Shown here in pieces: positions 1 to 9,710 of a stretch of DNA of 64,000 nucleotides. Origin of the DNA: Bacteroides sp. UBA1317 (lineage in GTDB: Bacteria > Bacteroidota > Bacteroidia > Bacteroidales > Bacteroidaceae); NCBI GenBank assembly GCA_002307035.1, contig DBTL01000091.1:11175-75174 (forward strand), given 5' to 3'. Position 1 is the first letter of the stretch. Every line of letters begins with the position of its first letter. The notes beneath the pieces were generated by a model that worked only from the letters and a program-made list of their open reading frames with translations, ran no database searches and had not been told where the DNA came from. The translations under genes were made by a program, and so were the position numbers.

Positions 1-1
1 C

Positions 2-169
2 AACACACTACAAGGTGTGAAACGAGACATTCCAATTGAAGTGGACATCTTGGACTTTCTCTACACCTACAAGCACGAAGACCCATTCCCTGCCCTGTCA
101 TCTATAGCCGACAGTGTAAACGAACAATTCAACCTGACGTTTAATCGGATTTGCGGTTTCCTGAAGTAA
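2..169 (+). CDS. 3' end of a gene entering from the left edge (possibly DUF6051 family)
   Basis: Open frame from base 2, NTLQGVKRDIPIEVDILDFLYTYKHEDPFP...ICGFLK*, stop TAA at 167-169. Family guess is from memory of the C-terminal Y-x-HE-x-PFP motif. Confidence 0.55.
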   Translation, partial: NTLQGVKRDIPIEVDILDFLYTYKHEDPFPALSSIADSVNEQFNLTFNRICGFLK

Positions 170-248
170 TAGTTAGTCTCTTTTATATAAACTAACAATA
201 TTTTATGTACTTTTGCGCGGTTTTTATTAAATAGGTATAAAAAGAAGG

Positions 249-2177
249 ATGAAGCAACAACACAAAGTGCCCTTTGGAATGATGGGTATATTTATGGCCA
301 TCGGGATAGTTTACGGAGATATAGGAACATCTCCTTTGTATGTGATGAAAGCCATTGTAAATGGACTCCCGGTGGGTTTACGAACAAATCCGGATTACAT
401 TATTGGAGCTATTTCATGTATCATCTGGACGTTGACATTGCAAACAACCATCAAGTATGTTATTGTAACTCTTCGTGCTGATAACCGGGGTGAAGGAGGC
501 ATTCTGTCTTTGTTTGCTTTAATTCGAAAAAAATATCGCTGGGCCTACGTTATTGCTATCATCGGAGCCTCCACATTATTAGCCGACGGCATCATTACTC
601 CTGCCATTACTGTGGTTTCAGCCATAGAAGGATTAAACATTTTGGCTCCTTCCATTCCCGTAATTCCTATCGCAATAGCCATTATATTAGCTATCTTTCT
701 GATCCAGCCTTTAGGTACTGCAAGGCTGGGAAAACCATTTGGAAGAATCATGTTCCTCTGGTTCACCATGATTGGCATTTTAGGTTTATTCGCCTTTTTC
801 CATTACCCGATGGTAATTAAAGCGTTTAATCCGATGTATGCTATCAAAGTGTTGGTGGACGTGCCCGATGCATTTCTTATATTAGGAGCTGTTTTTCTTT
901 GTACAACGGGGGCGGAAGCACTTTACTCCGATTTAGGTCACTGTGGGCTACACAATATCCGTGTGTCATGGGTATATGTAAAATCGACTCTGATTCTAAA
1001 CTACCTTGGACAAGGCGCATGGATACTGACTCATCAGTCTCAAGTAGTAACAGACGTCAATCCATTCTTTACTATCATGCCAAGCTGGTTCTCATTCATA
1101 GGTGTTGCCATGGCAACATTGGCTGCGATCATTGCCAGTCAGGCGTTAATTAGTGGTTCCTTCACAATTATCAGCGAAGCCATATCATTAGACTTATGGC
1201 CAAATATCAAGATTAAGTATCCTACCAATATTAAAGGACAAATGTTTATCCCTCAGGTAAACTATGCCTTAATGATATTATGTACTCTGATAGTTTTGGC
1301 ATTTGGTTCATCCTCAAATATGGAAGCAGCTTACGGACTTTCCATCACCATCACCATGCTGATGACTACTTTGTTGCTATTCATTTATTTTCAATACAAA
1401 GATGTTCCACTGTGGATGAGCATTCCTCTAACGATGTTTTTTATCACGGTAGAAGGCAGTTTCTTTATTGCTAACCTTTTTAAGTTTACTCATGGAGGTT
1501 GGGCCACTATACTGATAGCCGGCTGCATCTTTGGAATCATGTTTGTGTGGTACAATGGGCGACGCATCAAGAATCATTGCTCCACATACGAACCAATAGC
1601 CCCCACCATTGAGTGCCTGCAGAAAATCAGCGTAGATGAAACTATACCTAAGTTTGCCACTCATCTGGTATACGTAACCCGTGCCAAGTATCCTACTGAT
1701 ATGGAAAGTAAAATTTCCTATTCATTGGTAAACAAACAACCCAAACGGGCAGACACTTATTGGTTTGTGTATCTGCACCGCAGTGACGAACCTTATCAGT
1801 TTAAATATGCAGTAAAAACCTTTGTTCCGGGGAAGATGTTCAGACTTGATATCCATTCAGGGTTTAAGCAGGGAGCACACATGGATAAGTTTGTTCACCA
1901 TATTTGCAAGGAGATGGAAGAAAAAGGCGAAGTAGATCTATTAAGTCGCTACCCATCTTTAAGAGAAAGGAATATTGAAGGAGATTTCAGGTTTGTAGTT
2001 GTGGAGCGAATCGCTCGTAATCTGGACCTACCTCCTATAAAGAAAACGCTCTTACTACTTTATTATGTGATCAAGAAGTGTTCTACTTCCGATACTCAGA
2101 TTCTGGATCTCGACCCCTCTGTTGTAACCAAGGAATATGTTCCTTTAAAATCGATACAACCAGTAGCTTGTAAATAA
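249..2177 (+). CDS. kup: KUP/HAK/KT family potassium transporter
   Basis: Signature GIVYGDIGTSPLY, ADNRGEGG, GAEALYSDLGH; about 12 TM segments; -7 box TACTTTTG at 208-215. Confidence 0.95.
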   Translation: MKQQHKVPFGMMGIFMAIGIVYGDIGTSPLYVMKAIVNGLPVGLRTNPDYIIGAISCIIWTLTLQTTIKYVIVTLRADNRGEGGILSLFALIRKKYRWAYVIAIIGASTLLADGIITPAITVVSAIEGLNILAPSIPVIPIAIAIILAIFLIQPLGTARLGKPFGRIMFLWFTMIGILGLFAFFHYPMVIKAFNPMYAIKVLVDVPDAFLILGAVFLCTTGAEALYSDLGHCGLHNIRVSWVYVKSTLILNYLGQGAWILTHQSQVVTDVNPFFTIMPSWFSFIGVAMATLAAIIASQALISGSFTIISEAISLDLWPNIKIKYPTNIKGQMFIPQVNYALMILCTLIVLAFGSSSNMEAAYGLSITITMLMTTLLLFIYFQYKDVPLWMSIPLTMFFITVEGSFFIANLFKFTHGGWATILIAGCIFGIMFVWYNGRRIKNHCSTYEPIAPTIECLQKISVDETIPKFATHLVYVTRAKYPTDMESKISYSLVNKQPKRADTYWFVYLHRSDEPYQFKYAVKTFVPGKMFRLDIHSGFKQGAHMDKFVHHICKEMEEKGEVDLLSRYPSLRERNIEGDFRFVVVERIARNLDLPPIKKTLLLLYYVIKKCSTSDTQILDLDPSVVTKEYVPLKSIQPVACK

Positions 2178-2195
2178 GAAGTAAATCGCTACAAA

Positions 2196-2250
2196 TTTAA
2201 AATAAAAGAGGCAACCTTCCCCATAGGGCGTTACCTCTTTTTATTTTAAA
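2196..2250. terminator. Bidirectional intrinsic terminator between convergent genes
   Basis: TTTAAAATAAAAGAGG...CCTCTTTTTATTTTAAA inverted repeat with A/T tails on both sides. Confidence 0.7.
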
Positions 2251-2288
2251 ACCAAATGAAAAAATATCTCTTTAATTTTCGTTGCTAG

Positions 2289-2513
2289 TTATTTAGCCTT
2301 AGCCGTTTTCTTTGCTACAGTAGCAGTAGTGGCAGTAGTAGTAGTTGCTGCTACTTTCTCTGATTTCTTTGACTGCTGAGTCTTAGCAGTTACTTTCTTG
2401 GTTACCGTTTGTTCTTTCTTAACATCAGCTTTTTTAGAAGGAGTTTGTGCATAAACTACATTTCCAGCACACATCATAGCTACAATAGCAGCTGCGAAGA
2501 TAATCTTTTTCAT
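2289..2513 (-). CDS. Small secreted Lys/Thr/Ala-rich low-complexity protein (74 aa)
   Basis: Start re-assigned to MKKIIFAAAIVAMMCAGNVVYA-Q (Sec signal, VYA|Q cleavage). Own -7 box TATCTTTG at 2570-2577 on the minus strand. Confidence 0.75.
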   Translation of the reverse strand: MKKIIFAAAIVAMMCAGNVVYAQTPSKKADVKKEQTVTKKVTAKTQQSKKSEKVAATTTTATTATVAKKTAKAK

Positions 2514-2600
2514 AATAATAATTTTCCTTTTTGTTAAACGTTCAATTAGTCCTTTGTCTTTCGACATCACAAAGATAGCTTCACCTTGAAGAACCTTGTA

Positions 2601-2640
2601 ATTAGAAAACGCTTATAAAAATATTAGAATTTCATTAGAA
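2601..2640 (-). promoter_or_regulatory. Four 11-bp-phased direct repeats; putative OmpR-family binding array
   Basis: ATTAGAA at 2601, CTTATAA at 2612, ATTAGAA at 2623 and 2634, just upstream of the -7 box at 2570-2577. Confidence 0.6.
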
Positions 2641-2730
2641 ACGGATGAATTAGCACAAGCTTCACAAACCTGCTCATATTTACGAAGGGTACATTCAGAA
2701 TAGAGAAAAACGACACAAGGTATGCGGAGA

Positions 2731-4098
2731 TTAATGAGTCAGCGGTAGCTCGACGATAAATGATGTAATGCCATGAGAGGAATGCAAACAGATGCTTCCC
2801 TGGTGCAGATCTACAATTTTCTGTGTCAGATAGAGTCCGATACCATTACCATCAGCCACAGATTTATTACTACCTCTATAGAAAGGATTGAAGATAGCTT
2901 GTTGCTCCTCTAGTGGAATATCCTTTCCGTTATTTACGACACTTACTAAACAAGAGTTTTCTTTATAAGACAGACGAATCTCGCATGTTTTGTCGACAGA
3001 ATATTTGCAAGCATTATCTACGAGATTAGTAAATGCCACTTCGAGCAGGTAACTGTTGCCCTCTATCGTAATGAGACTTTCGTCGTCGGGTTCTTTATCG
3101 AACAACAGGTGGACGGAGCATTGAGAATCGGCTCGCTGTACTTTACTGTAAACCTCCAGCATCAGCTCGTCAATACGAACAGGGTGCATCGCAATGCCCG
3201 AAACGTCATAGCTGGCTTTTGCTAAGTCGAGGAGACTATTTGATAGTTTAGCCAATCGATTAGCATCTTTCAGTGTTTGCCCTATCACCCTCCGGTATTC
3301 TTCTTCGTCGCATTGACGCTGTTCAGACAACTCCAGTTCGGTGATGATCGCAGCAAGCGGGGTACGCAATTCATGCGACATGTTGTATACCAACCGCTTT
3401 TGTTCGGTGAAAGCTTCTTCGAGCTGCGCCAACATCTTATTAAACGTGATAGCCAATGAGGCCAGTTCGTCTTTGCGGTTACCTTCATCGAGACGTAAAC
3501 CAAGGTTGGATGGATTGTTTCTTTTCACTTCATTTATCATGCGGCTAACGGGGCTGAAAGCCTGACGGGCGAAAAGGCGAACAGCAAGTATAATGAAGAT
3601 TATCGCAATGAGATAGGCTGTCAAAAGTATCCAGCGTAGGTTAGTCAAGCGAGTAAAACCATGCACATCATAACCTGTAGCAAAAGCCACGTACTCTCCT
3701 TTTAACCCCTCTATCAGAAAACCATAAGTCTGCCTATCATCTTCGTCCCACGTCTTGCAAACGCCTTTCTGCTTTACCGACTCTATCAGTAACCGATGCT
3801 TGCTGCTTTCTGACACATCTTGTTTATCACGATAAATCAACTTGCCCTGCTTGGTATAGATCGTAACCAGCGGTTCATATTCCCCGGGCGTACTTTCATA
3901 GATAAGACGTAATATATCCGGAGAGATCGTTTCGCCATCAATGAGATCCACCTTAAGCGCAGCCCGTATGTGAAGTCTTTCAAAATAATCGTCTTCACTC
4001 TTACGACTATAATATAGGTAAACTGCAACAACAAAAATCAGCAGAATAATACCGAAGATGCAAGAGTAAATGAGCGAAAGCTTAGTCTGTATTTTCAT
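2731..4098 (-). CDS. Sensor histidine kinase (2 TM, HAMP, HisKA, HATPase)
   Basis: H-box SHELRTPL, N-box NLVDNACKYS, G-box GNGIGL; HAMP region DELASLAITFNKML. Confidence 0.95.
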   Translation of the reverse strand: MKIQTKLSLIYSCIFGIILLIFVVAVYLYYSRKSEDDYFERLHIRAALKVDLIDGETISPDILRLIYESTPGEYEPLVTIYTKQGKLIYRDKQDVSESSKHRLLIESVKQKGVCKTWDEDDRQTYGFLIEGLKGEYVAFATGYDVHGFTRLTNLRWILLTAYLIAIIFIILAVRLFARQAFSPVSRMINEVKRNNPSNLGLRLDEGNRKDELASLAITFNKMLAQLEEAFTEQKRLVYNMSHELRTPLAAIITELELSEQRQCDEEEYRRVIGQTLKDANRLAKLSNSLLDLAKASYDVSGIAMHPVRIDELMLEVYSKVQRADSQCSVHLLFDKEPDDESLITIEGNSYLLEVAFTNLVDNACKYSVDKTCEIRLSYKENSCLVSVVNNGKDIPLEEQQAIFNPFYRGSNKSVADGNGIGLYLTQKIVDLHQGSICLHSSHGITSFIVELPLTH

Positions 4099-4771
4099 GA
4101 TCTTCTTTGAGAATAAACCCCATTCCCGATTTAGTAAAGATTAGCTTCTGAGGAAAGTCTTTATCTATTTTGTGACGCAAATAACTAATGTACACTTCAA
4201 TAAAGTTAGTGCCGGTATCGAAACGCGTGTCCCATACTTTTTCGGCTATTTCACTCTTAGAGAGCACTCTTCCGCTATTGGTCATCATAAAGGCCAGTAA
4301 ATTGAACTCTTTAGGCGTGAGGTTGATTTCACGGTTAGCTCTTTTCACCACTTTTGTTTTCAAATTCAGTTCCAGATCGGCTACTTTGAGCACATCATTG
4401 CTACGAATAATAGGGTTTCTTTTGAGCAACACCCGTATGCGAGCCAGTAGTTCGCGCATCTCGAAAGGTTTCACCATATAGTCATCTGCTCCTGCATCAA
4501 AGCCCTCTACCTTCTCATTAGTAGTACCCAGAGCCGTGAGCATAATGACAGGTATACTTTCATCTTTCTCTTTTAATCTTTTACACAAATCAAGCCCATT
4601 GATACCGGGCAGCAAAATATCGGTAATGACCAAGTCGGGACGACAGAGAGCGAACTGCGTAAATCCTTCTACTCCGTCGTAAGCCACCGTCACACCATAT
4701 CCGTTTTCTTTTAATCCCAAACTGATAAGTTCGGCCATTCGGCTATCATCCTCAATAACAAGAATATCCAT
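4082..4771 (-). CDS. OmpR/PhoB family response regulator (CusR/ArlR-like)
   Basis: MDILVIEDD receiver start, GADDYMVKPF, winged-helix LTPKEF...IEVYISYLRHKID. Start at 4771 is preferred because a -7 box TACTTTTG lies at 4801-4808. Overlaps the kinase start. Confidence 0.95.
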   Translation of the reverse strand: MDILVIEDDSRMAELISLGLKENGYGVTVAYDGVEGFTQFALCRPDLVITDILLPGINGLDLCKRLKEKDESIPVIMLTALGTTNEKVEGFDAGADDYMVKPFEMRELLARIRVLLKRNPIIRSNDVLKVADLELNLKTKVVKRANREINLTPKEFNLLAFMMTNSGRVLSKSEIAEKVWDTRFDTGTNFIEVYISYLRHKIDKDFPQKLIFTKSGMGFILKEDHENTD

Positions 4772-4896
4772 ATTTATATAGTAATGTAGAATGTAATACA
4801 CAAAAGTAACGATATAAAAAGAAAACCAACAAAAACAGCGGCTAATCTTTTCTCCAAAAAAAACAAATGCTTAAATTGAGGGAGGAGCGATAATAT

Positions 4897-6195
4897 CTAA
4901 ATAGAGTGAGTTCTCAAGGCACGACGACTCCAACACGTCTGCATAAGTCCTCGCAAAGATAGATAAGCAATAAAAGCTGCCCACAAAGCATGATTATCCC
5001 ATTGTTGATGGAAGGAATAGTAGATAACAAAGAAGCTGGCAGAGGCTACTAACATAGATAAAAGCATATATCGTGTAGCAGTAGCACCAATAAAAATGCC
5101 ATCCCACAAGAATGCCGCAAACCCAGCCAATGGAATGGCAAGCACCCAATAAAAATAGGCTTCGGAAGCATTTATCACATCCGCATCATTGGTAAGCAGG
5201 CACAGAAAGGCACTACCTCCTACTGCATAAAGAAAGGTGAATAGCAACGATAAAATGCCACCCCACAAAAACAAGAGCCTGACTAAACGGTGCAAAGAAC
5301 GCCTATCTGTAGCCCCCACATAACGTCCGGTAAGGGCTTCACCAGCGTATGCAAAACCATCCATAATATACGAAAACAGCGTAAATAGTTGCATCAGCAG
5401 TGCATTGACAGCAAGTATCACGTCGCCTTGTTGAGCTCCGGAAGAAGTGAAAAAAACAGTAACGACTACCATGCAAAGTGTGCGAAGAAAAATATCACTA
5501 TTCACAGAAAAGAAACGACGCATCTCTACTATCTGCAAACTAGCTTTGAAGTGGTTCATTAATCCTAAACGACTATAATACTTCATCCACAACAAAACAG
5601 CCATAAGCAAACCGCTATATTGAGCGATTAAAGTACCAAATGCCACTCCTTCTACATCTAAATGAAGTACAAAAACGAGGAAAAGACTGCAGAGGATGTT
5701 TACCACATTTTGTGCAATGGAAATATACATAGGAAACCGGGAGTTTTGCATGCCAATGAACCATCCCATAAATCCGTAAAGTGCCAACATTGCGGGAGCT
5801 CCCCAAATACAGATACGGAAATAAACGAGAGCAAAAGCTTCCACTTGCGGACTGGCATCTATCAAATGAAAGGCCAGCATCTGCAATGGTATCTGCAAAA
5901 ACACAAAAAGCAAACCGATCACAAAACCAGTGGAAAGCGAACGTATCAGCAAACGAACAGCCTCATCCAAATGACGCTTACCATAAGCTTGTGAGGTCAT
6001 GCCGCTAGTGCCCATCCGTAAGAAAGCAAAGCTCCAGTATAGTATATTGAAGAGCATACCTCCCACTGCAACAGCTCCTATGTAAGCAGGCGAACCAAGA
6101 TGTCCCACAATAGCAACGTCAATGAGGCCAAGCAAAGGAACAGTAATATTAGAAATGATGGAAGGAATGGCAAGTTGAAGTATTCTCTTATTCAT
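4897..6195 (-). CDS. dinF: MATE family efflux transporter (DinF-like)
   Basis: LAIPSIISNITVPLLGLID...FLRMGTSG N-terminal signature; about 12 TM. Confidence 0.9.
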   Translation of the reverse strand: MNKRILQLAIPSIISNITVPLLGLIDVAIVGHLGSPAYIGAVAVGGMLFNILYWSFAFLRMGTSGMTSQAYGKRHLDEAVRLLIRSLSTGFVIGLLFVFLQIPLQMLAFHLIDASPQVEAFALVYFRICIWGAPAMLALYGFMGWFIGMQNSRFPMYISIAQNVVNILCSLFLVFVLHLDVEGVAFGTLIAQYSGLLMAVLLWMKYYSRLGLMNHFKASLQIVEMRRFFSVNSDIFLRTLCMVVVTVFFTSSGAQQGDVILAVNALLMQLFTLFSYIMDGFAYAGEALTGRYVGATDRRSLHRLVRLLFLWGGILSLLFTFLYAVGGSAFLCLLTNDADVINASEAYFYWVLAIPLAGFAAFLWDGIFIGATATRYMLLSMLVASASFFVIYYSFHQQWDNHALWAAFIAYLSLRGLMQTCWSRRALRTHSI

Positions 6196-6428
6196 GAAAA
6201 ATGAAATTTAAGACAAAATTAGTGATAAATACGAAGAATGCAAACCTTCATCCTACTATCACAGACATTCTTCGCTTCCTTCACAGAACACTGATAAGAA
6301 ACCGATAAAGTTAACACAAGAAGTTATGCAACAACAAACTCTGCAAAAATTAAACAAAGTTTAATACAAAAGATGTTTGAACTTACTATTTATGTAATAA
6401 ATTTGGCCAAACATTTAATTTTAATCTT

Positions 6429-8324
6429 ATGAACAAACTTATTTTATCGATTCTATTGCTTTTGTCTGTTGTGTGCATGCAAGCAAAGGAACGTACGGTG
6501 ACAAAGCCACCCTTTTTAGTACGAAACACGAATGCGCTCGAAATCAATAAGATTGAACTTGCAGACACTGCAACGATTATCTCTTTTGAAGCCTTTTCCA
6601 GGCCCACTGACTGGCTACAAATTAGCCCGGATTCTTATCTAATGGCTGACGGAAAGAAATATCCCATTCTATCAGCGGAGGGTATAAAACTTGGAGAAAA
6701 GTTCTATACGCTTGCTGACGGAAAGATATCCTTCAAACTGACCTTTCCTAGTCTGCCCTCTTCGGTGGCATCGGTAGACTTTATTGAAAGTGATTGTGAT
6801 GGATGTTTTAAAATATGGGGCATACAACTCAAAGGAACTAACCTGCCAAAACTTGTACTACCCGCAGGTACCAAGATCGCTTCTCCTGACAAAAAATTGC
6901 CAACTCCTGATATTAAAATAGGTAAAGCATCATTCAAGGGACGTTTGCTTGAAATGCCGCAAGGTATGATGAAAGGAATCACACTCTATTCCAAGGACCT
7001 ATTTACCGATGAAAGCAGTGCGGACAAAGTACCGGTCAATGACGATGGCAGCTTTAGCTTTGATGCAGAAATCTTTAAACCTACTACCTTTCAACTAAAT
7101 GTAGGGCGTAACTCGTTCAAAATCATTCTTGCACCTGGAGAAAATCTATCAACAGTCATTAACCTGCGTGAAATATCCAGAGAAAGAGGGCGGTATATGA
7201 AAGAGTATCCTTCGCAAGGAGAGAAAATTTATTTCAGTGGCTATCTGGCCGGGTTAAATACTGAGCTAAATAAGTGTTCTATCAAAACCGATCTGAAAGG
7301 AGACTACAAAAAGACATATAAAGAAATTGCAAACATGACTTTGGAGGAATGCAATAGCTACTACATGGGCAAATATGATTCCATCATGCAATTGATAGAT
7401 ACAGCAAACATAAGCGATGCCTGCAAAACAATACTCCGCATAGAGACAACTTTGTCAGCTGTTGAGGCTCTCTACACCTCGCAAACTGATATTGCGCGTG
7501 CCTACATAAGCATTAATAATTTAAGTAGAGAGGACAGTAATGAATATTTCAAAACTCACAGAACAATTCTGCCCAAAGAGTATTGGGAATGCATCCGCCG
7601 CTTTCCTCTAATTAATTCCCCCGAAATATTATATGGCATTGAATTATCCTATGTCGCAAGAAACATTTATTATGCTACTAAAACCAGCAATTCTACAATA
7701 GAAGAAGCTCTAGGTACTAACGAAGGAATACTTATCAACTTAATCGCTTTTCAGCAAGCGGGTATTAAACTAAAAGATTTTACTCCACTGAGTGAAGAAG
7801 AATTGAACAAATTGAGGTCGTACAATCTTCCGGCATGGCAAGAGATAATAGAAAAGAAAAACAATGATCTTATCGCTTTTGTAGAGGCAAACAAAAAGAA
7901 AACCGGATATACCGTGAATGAAGCAGGAGAGGTAAATAACGAAGATCTGTTTTACTCATTAACCGCTAAATACAAAGGAAAAGCTGTTCTCGTTGATTTC
8001 TGGGCAACTTGGTGCGGACCTTGTAAAATGGCCATGCAAGAGATGAAGCCAATGAAAGAGCAATTGGCCGGAAAAGATATTGTATACCTATTTATTGCAG
8101 GAGAAAACTCACCAAAGATGACTTGGGAAAACATGATACCCGATATTCATGGAGAACATGTAAGGTTGACTGATGATCAATGGAATTATCTTTCCAAGGA
8201 GTTTAAAATAGGCGGCGTTCCTTCTTACTTCTTACTCGACAGAGAAGGAAAAATTACTTGGAAATCTACCGGATTCCCGGGAGTTGAGACTGTAAAAGGA
8301 GAGATATTGAAAGTCCTCAATTGA
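6429..8324 (+). CDS. Secreted TlpA-family thiol:disulfide oxidoreductase with long N-terminal extension
   Basis: Signal peptide; C-terminal VDFWATWCGPC and GVPSYFLLDREGKI. Confidence 0.85.
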   Translation: MNKLILSILLLLSVVCMQAKERTVTKPPFLVRNTNALEINKIELADTATIISFEAFSRPTDWLQISPDSYLMADGKKYPILSAEGIKLGEKFYTLADGKISFKLTFPSLPSSVASVDFIESDCDGCFKIWGIQLKGTNLPKLVLPAGTKIASPDKKLPTPDIKIGKASFKGRLLEMPQGMMKGITLYSKDLFTDESSADKVPVNDDGSFSFDAEIFKPTTFQLNVGRNSFKIILAPGENLSTVINLREISRERGRYMKEYPSQGEKIYFSGYLAGLNTELNKCSIKTDLKGDYKKTYKEIANMTLEECNSYYMGKYDSIMQLIDTANISDACKTILRIETTLSAVEALYTSQTDIARAYISINNLSREDSNEYFKTHRTILPKEYWECIRRFPLINSPEILYGIELSYVARNIYYATKTSNSTIEEALGTNEGILINLIAFQQAGIKLKDFTPLSEEELNKLRSYNLPAWQEIIEKKNNDLIAFVEANKKKTGYTVNEAGEVNNEDLFYSLTAKYKGKAVLVDFWATWCGPCKMAMQEMKPMKEQLAGKDIVYLFIAGENSPKMTWENMIPDIHGEHVRLTDDQWNYLSKEFKIGGVPSYFLLDREGKITWKSTGFPGVETVKGEILKVLN

Positions 8325-8340
8325 CTTTATCTCCATTAAA

Positions 8341-8396
8341 AGCTACCATTACAAAAGGGTATTTCCAACAAGAAAGACCCTTTTGTAACGGTAGCT
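8341..8396. terminator. Long hairpin (25-bp arms, 2 mismatches) after the TlpA gene
   Basis: AGCTACCATTACAAAAGGGTATTTC-caacaa-GAAAGACCCTTTTGTAACGGTAGCT; weak U-tail. Confidence 0.55.
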
Positions 8397-8564
8397 CATT
8401 TAAATAAGCTATAACTACTCAAGCATAACAGTGAATGAAGGATTACACTTCAGAATCTTATTTTTAGCGTTGTTTTTACTTTCTCTTCGAGGTAATTAAA
8501 AGATAAACCTGTATATTTGCATCTCTTTTACAAATAAGGATTAGAGTATTAATAAATCAAAGAT

Positions 8565-9584
8565 ATGATAGCTAAGATTAAACAGCTTCTCGAAGAGGTT
8601 GAAACTCTGAAAGCTGCCAACGCCGAAGAATTGGAAGCTCTCCGCATTAAGTACCTAAGTAAGAAAGGTGCCATCAACGACTTAATGGCCGACTTTCGCA
8701 ATGTAGCCGCCGAACAGAAAAAAGAGGTGGGCATGAGACTTAACGAGTTGAAAACAAAGGCTCAAGACAGAATCACAGCATTGAAGGAACAGTTTGAATC
8801 GCAGGACAACGGTTGTTCGGAGATGGACCTCACTCGCTCGGCTTATCCGGTAAAACTTGGTACCCGCCATCCGCTATCTATCGTAAGAAATGAAATTATC
8901 GATATCTTTGGTCGCTTAGGATTCAGCATAGCCGAAGGTCCTGAAATTGAAGATGACTGGCATGTGTTCTCTGCACTTAACTTTGCCGAAGATCATCCGG
9001 CACGCGATATGCAAGATACATTCTTCATCGAATCTCATCCTGACATCCTGCTACGCACACATACATCATCCGTACAAACTCGTGTGATGGAGGTGTCACA
9101 ACCTCCTATCCGCATCATTTGTCCGGGACGTGTGTATCGCAACGAGGCGATCAGTTATCGTGCACACTGCTTCTTCCATCAGGTAGAGGCGTTGTATGTG
9201 GATAAGAATGTTTCATTCACTGATCTAAAGCAGGTATTATTGCTTTTTGCCAAAGAGATGTTTGGCGCCGACACAAAGATCCGTCTGCGCCCGTCGTACT
9301 TCCCCTTTACAGAGCCTAGCGCCGAAATGGACATCAGCTGCAACATCTGTGGCGGTAAAGGTTGCCCTTTCTGCAAGCACACCGGTTGGGTAGAGATTCT
9401 GGGTTGCGGTATGGTAGATCCGAACGTGCTCGAATCAAACGGTATAGATAGTAAGATATACAGCGGATATGCTTTGGGAATGGGTATAGAGCGTATCACC
9501 AACTTGAAATATCAGGTAAAAGACCTCCGTATGTTCTCTGAGAACGACACACGCTTCCTGAAAGAGTTTGAAGCGGCAAATTAA
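8565..9584 (+). CDS. pheS: Phenylalanine--tRNA ligase alpha subunit
   Basis: HPARDMQDTF, LRTHTS, FPFTEPS, GMGIER motifs. Confidence 0.98.
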   Translation: MIAKIKQLLEEVETLKAANAEELEALRIKYLSKKGAINDLMADFRNVAAEQKKEVGMRLNELKTKAQDRITALKEQFESQDNGCSEMDLTRSAYPVKLGTRHPLSIVRNEIIDIFGRLGFSIAEGPEIEDDWHVFSALNFAEDHPARDMQDTFFIESHPDILLRTHTSSVQTRVMEVSQPPIRIICPGRVYRNEAISYRAHCFFHQVEALYVDKNVSFTDLKQVLLLFAKEMFGADTKIRLRPSYFPFTEPSAEMDISCNICGGKGCPFCKHTGWVEILGCGMVDPNVLESNGIDSKIYSGYALGMGIERITNLKYQVKDLRMFSENDTRFLKEFEAAN

Positions 9585-9605
9585 AGTCCTTTTGCATGAA
9601 GAGAG

Positions 9606-9649
9606 TTCATTTAGAGATGCTGAAGTCATGTTCGGCATCTCTAAGTGAA
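9606..9649 (+). terminator. Hairpin after pheS
   Basis: TTCATTTAGAGATGCTGAA-gtcatg-TTCGGCATCTCTAAGTGAA; no strong U-tail, so it may be a stability hairpin. Confidence 0.45.
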
Positions 9650-9710
9650 ATAAAATAAGAGGTAACACAAAAGATGTGTTCCTACGAATAGAAACTAAAA
9701 ATACGAAACG

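Noticed and set aside
8565-9584. pheS without an adjacent pheT
   Set aside because: Split pheS/pheT is usual in Bacteroidetes.
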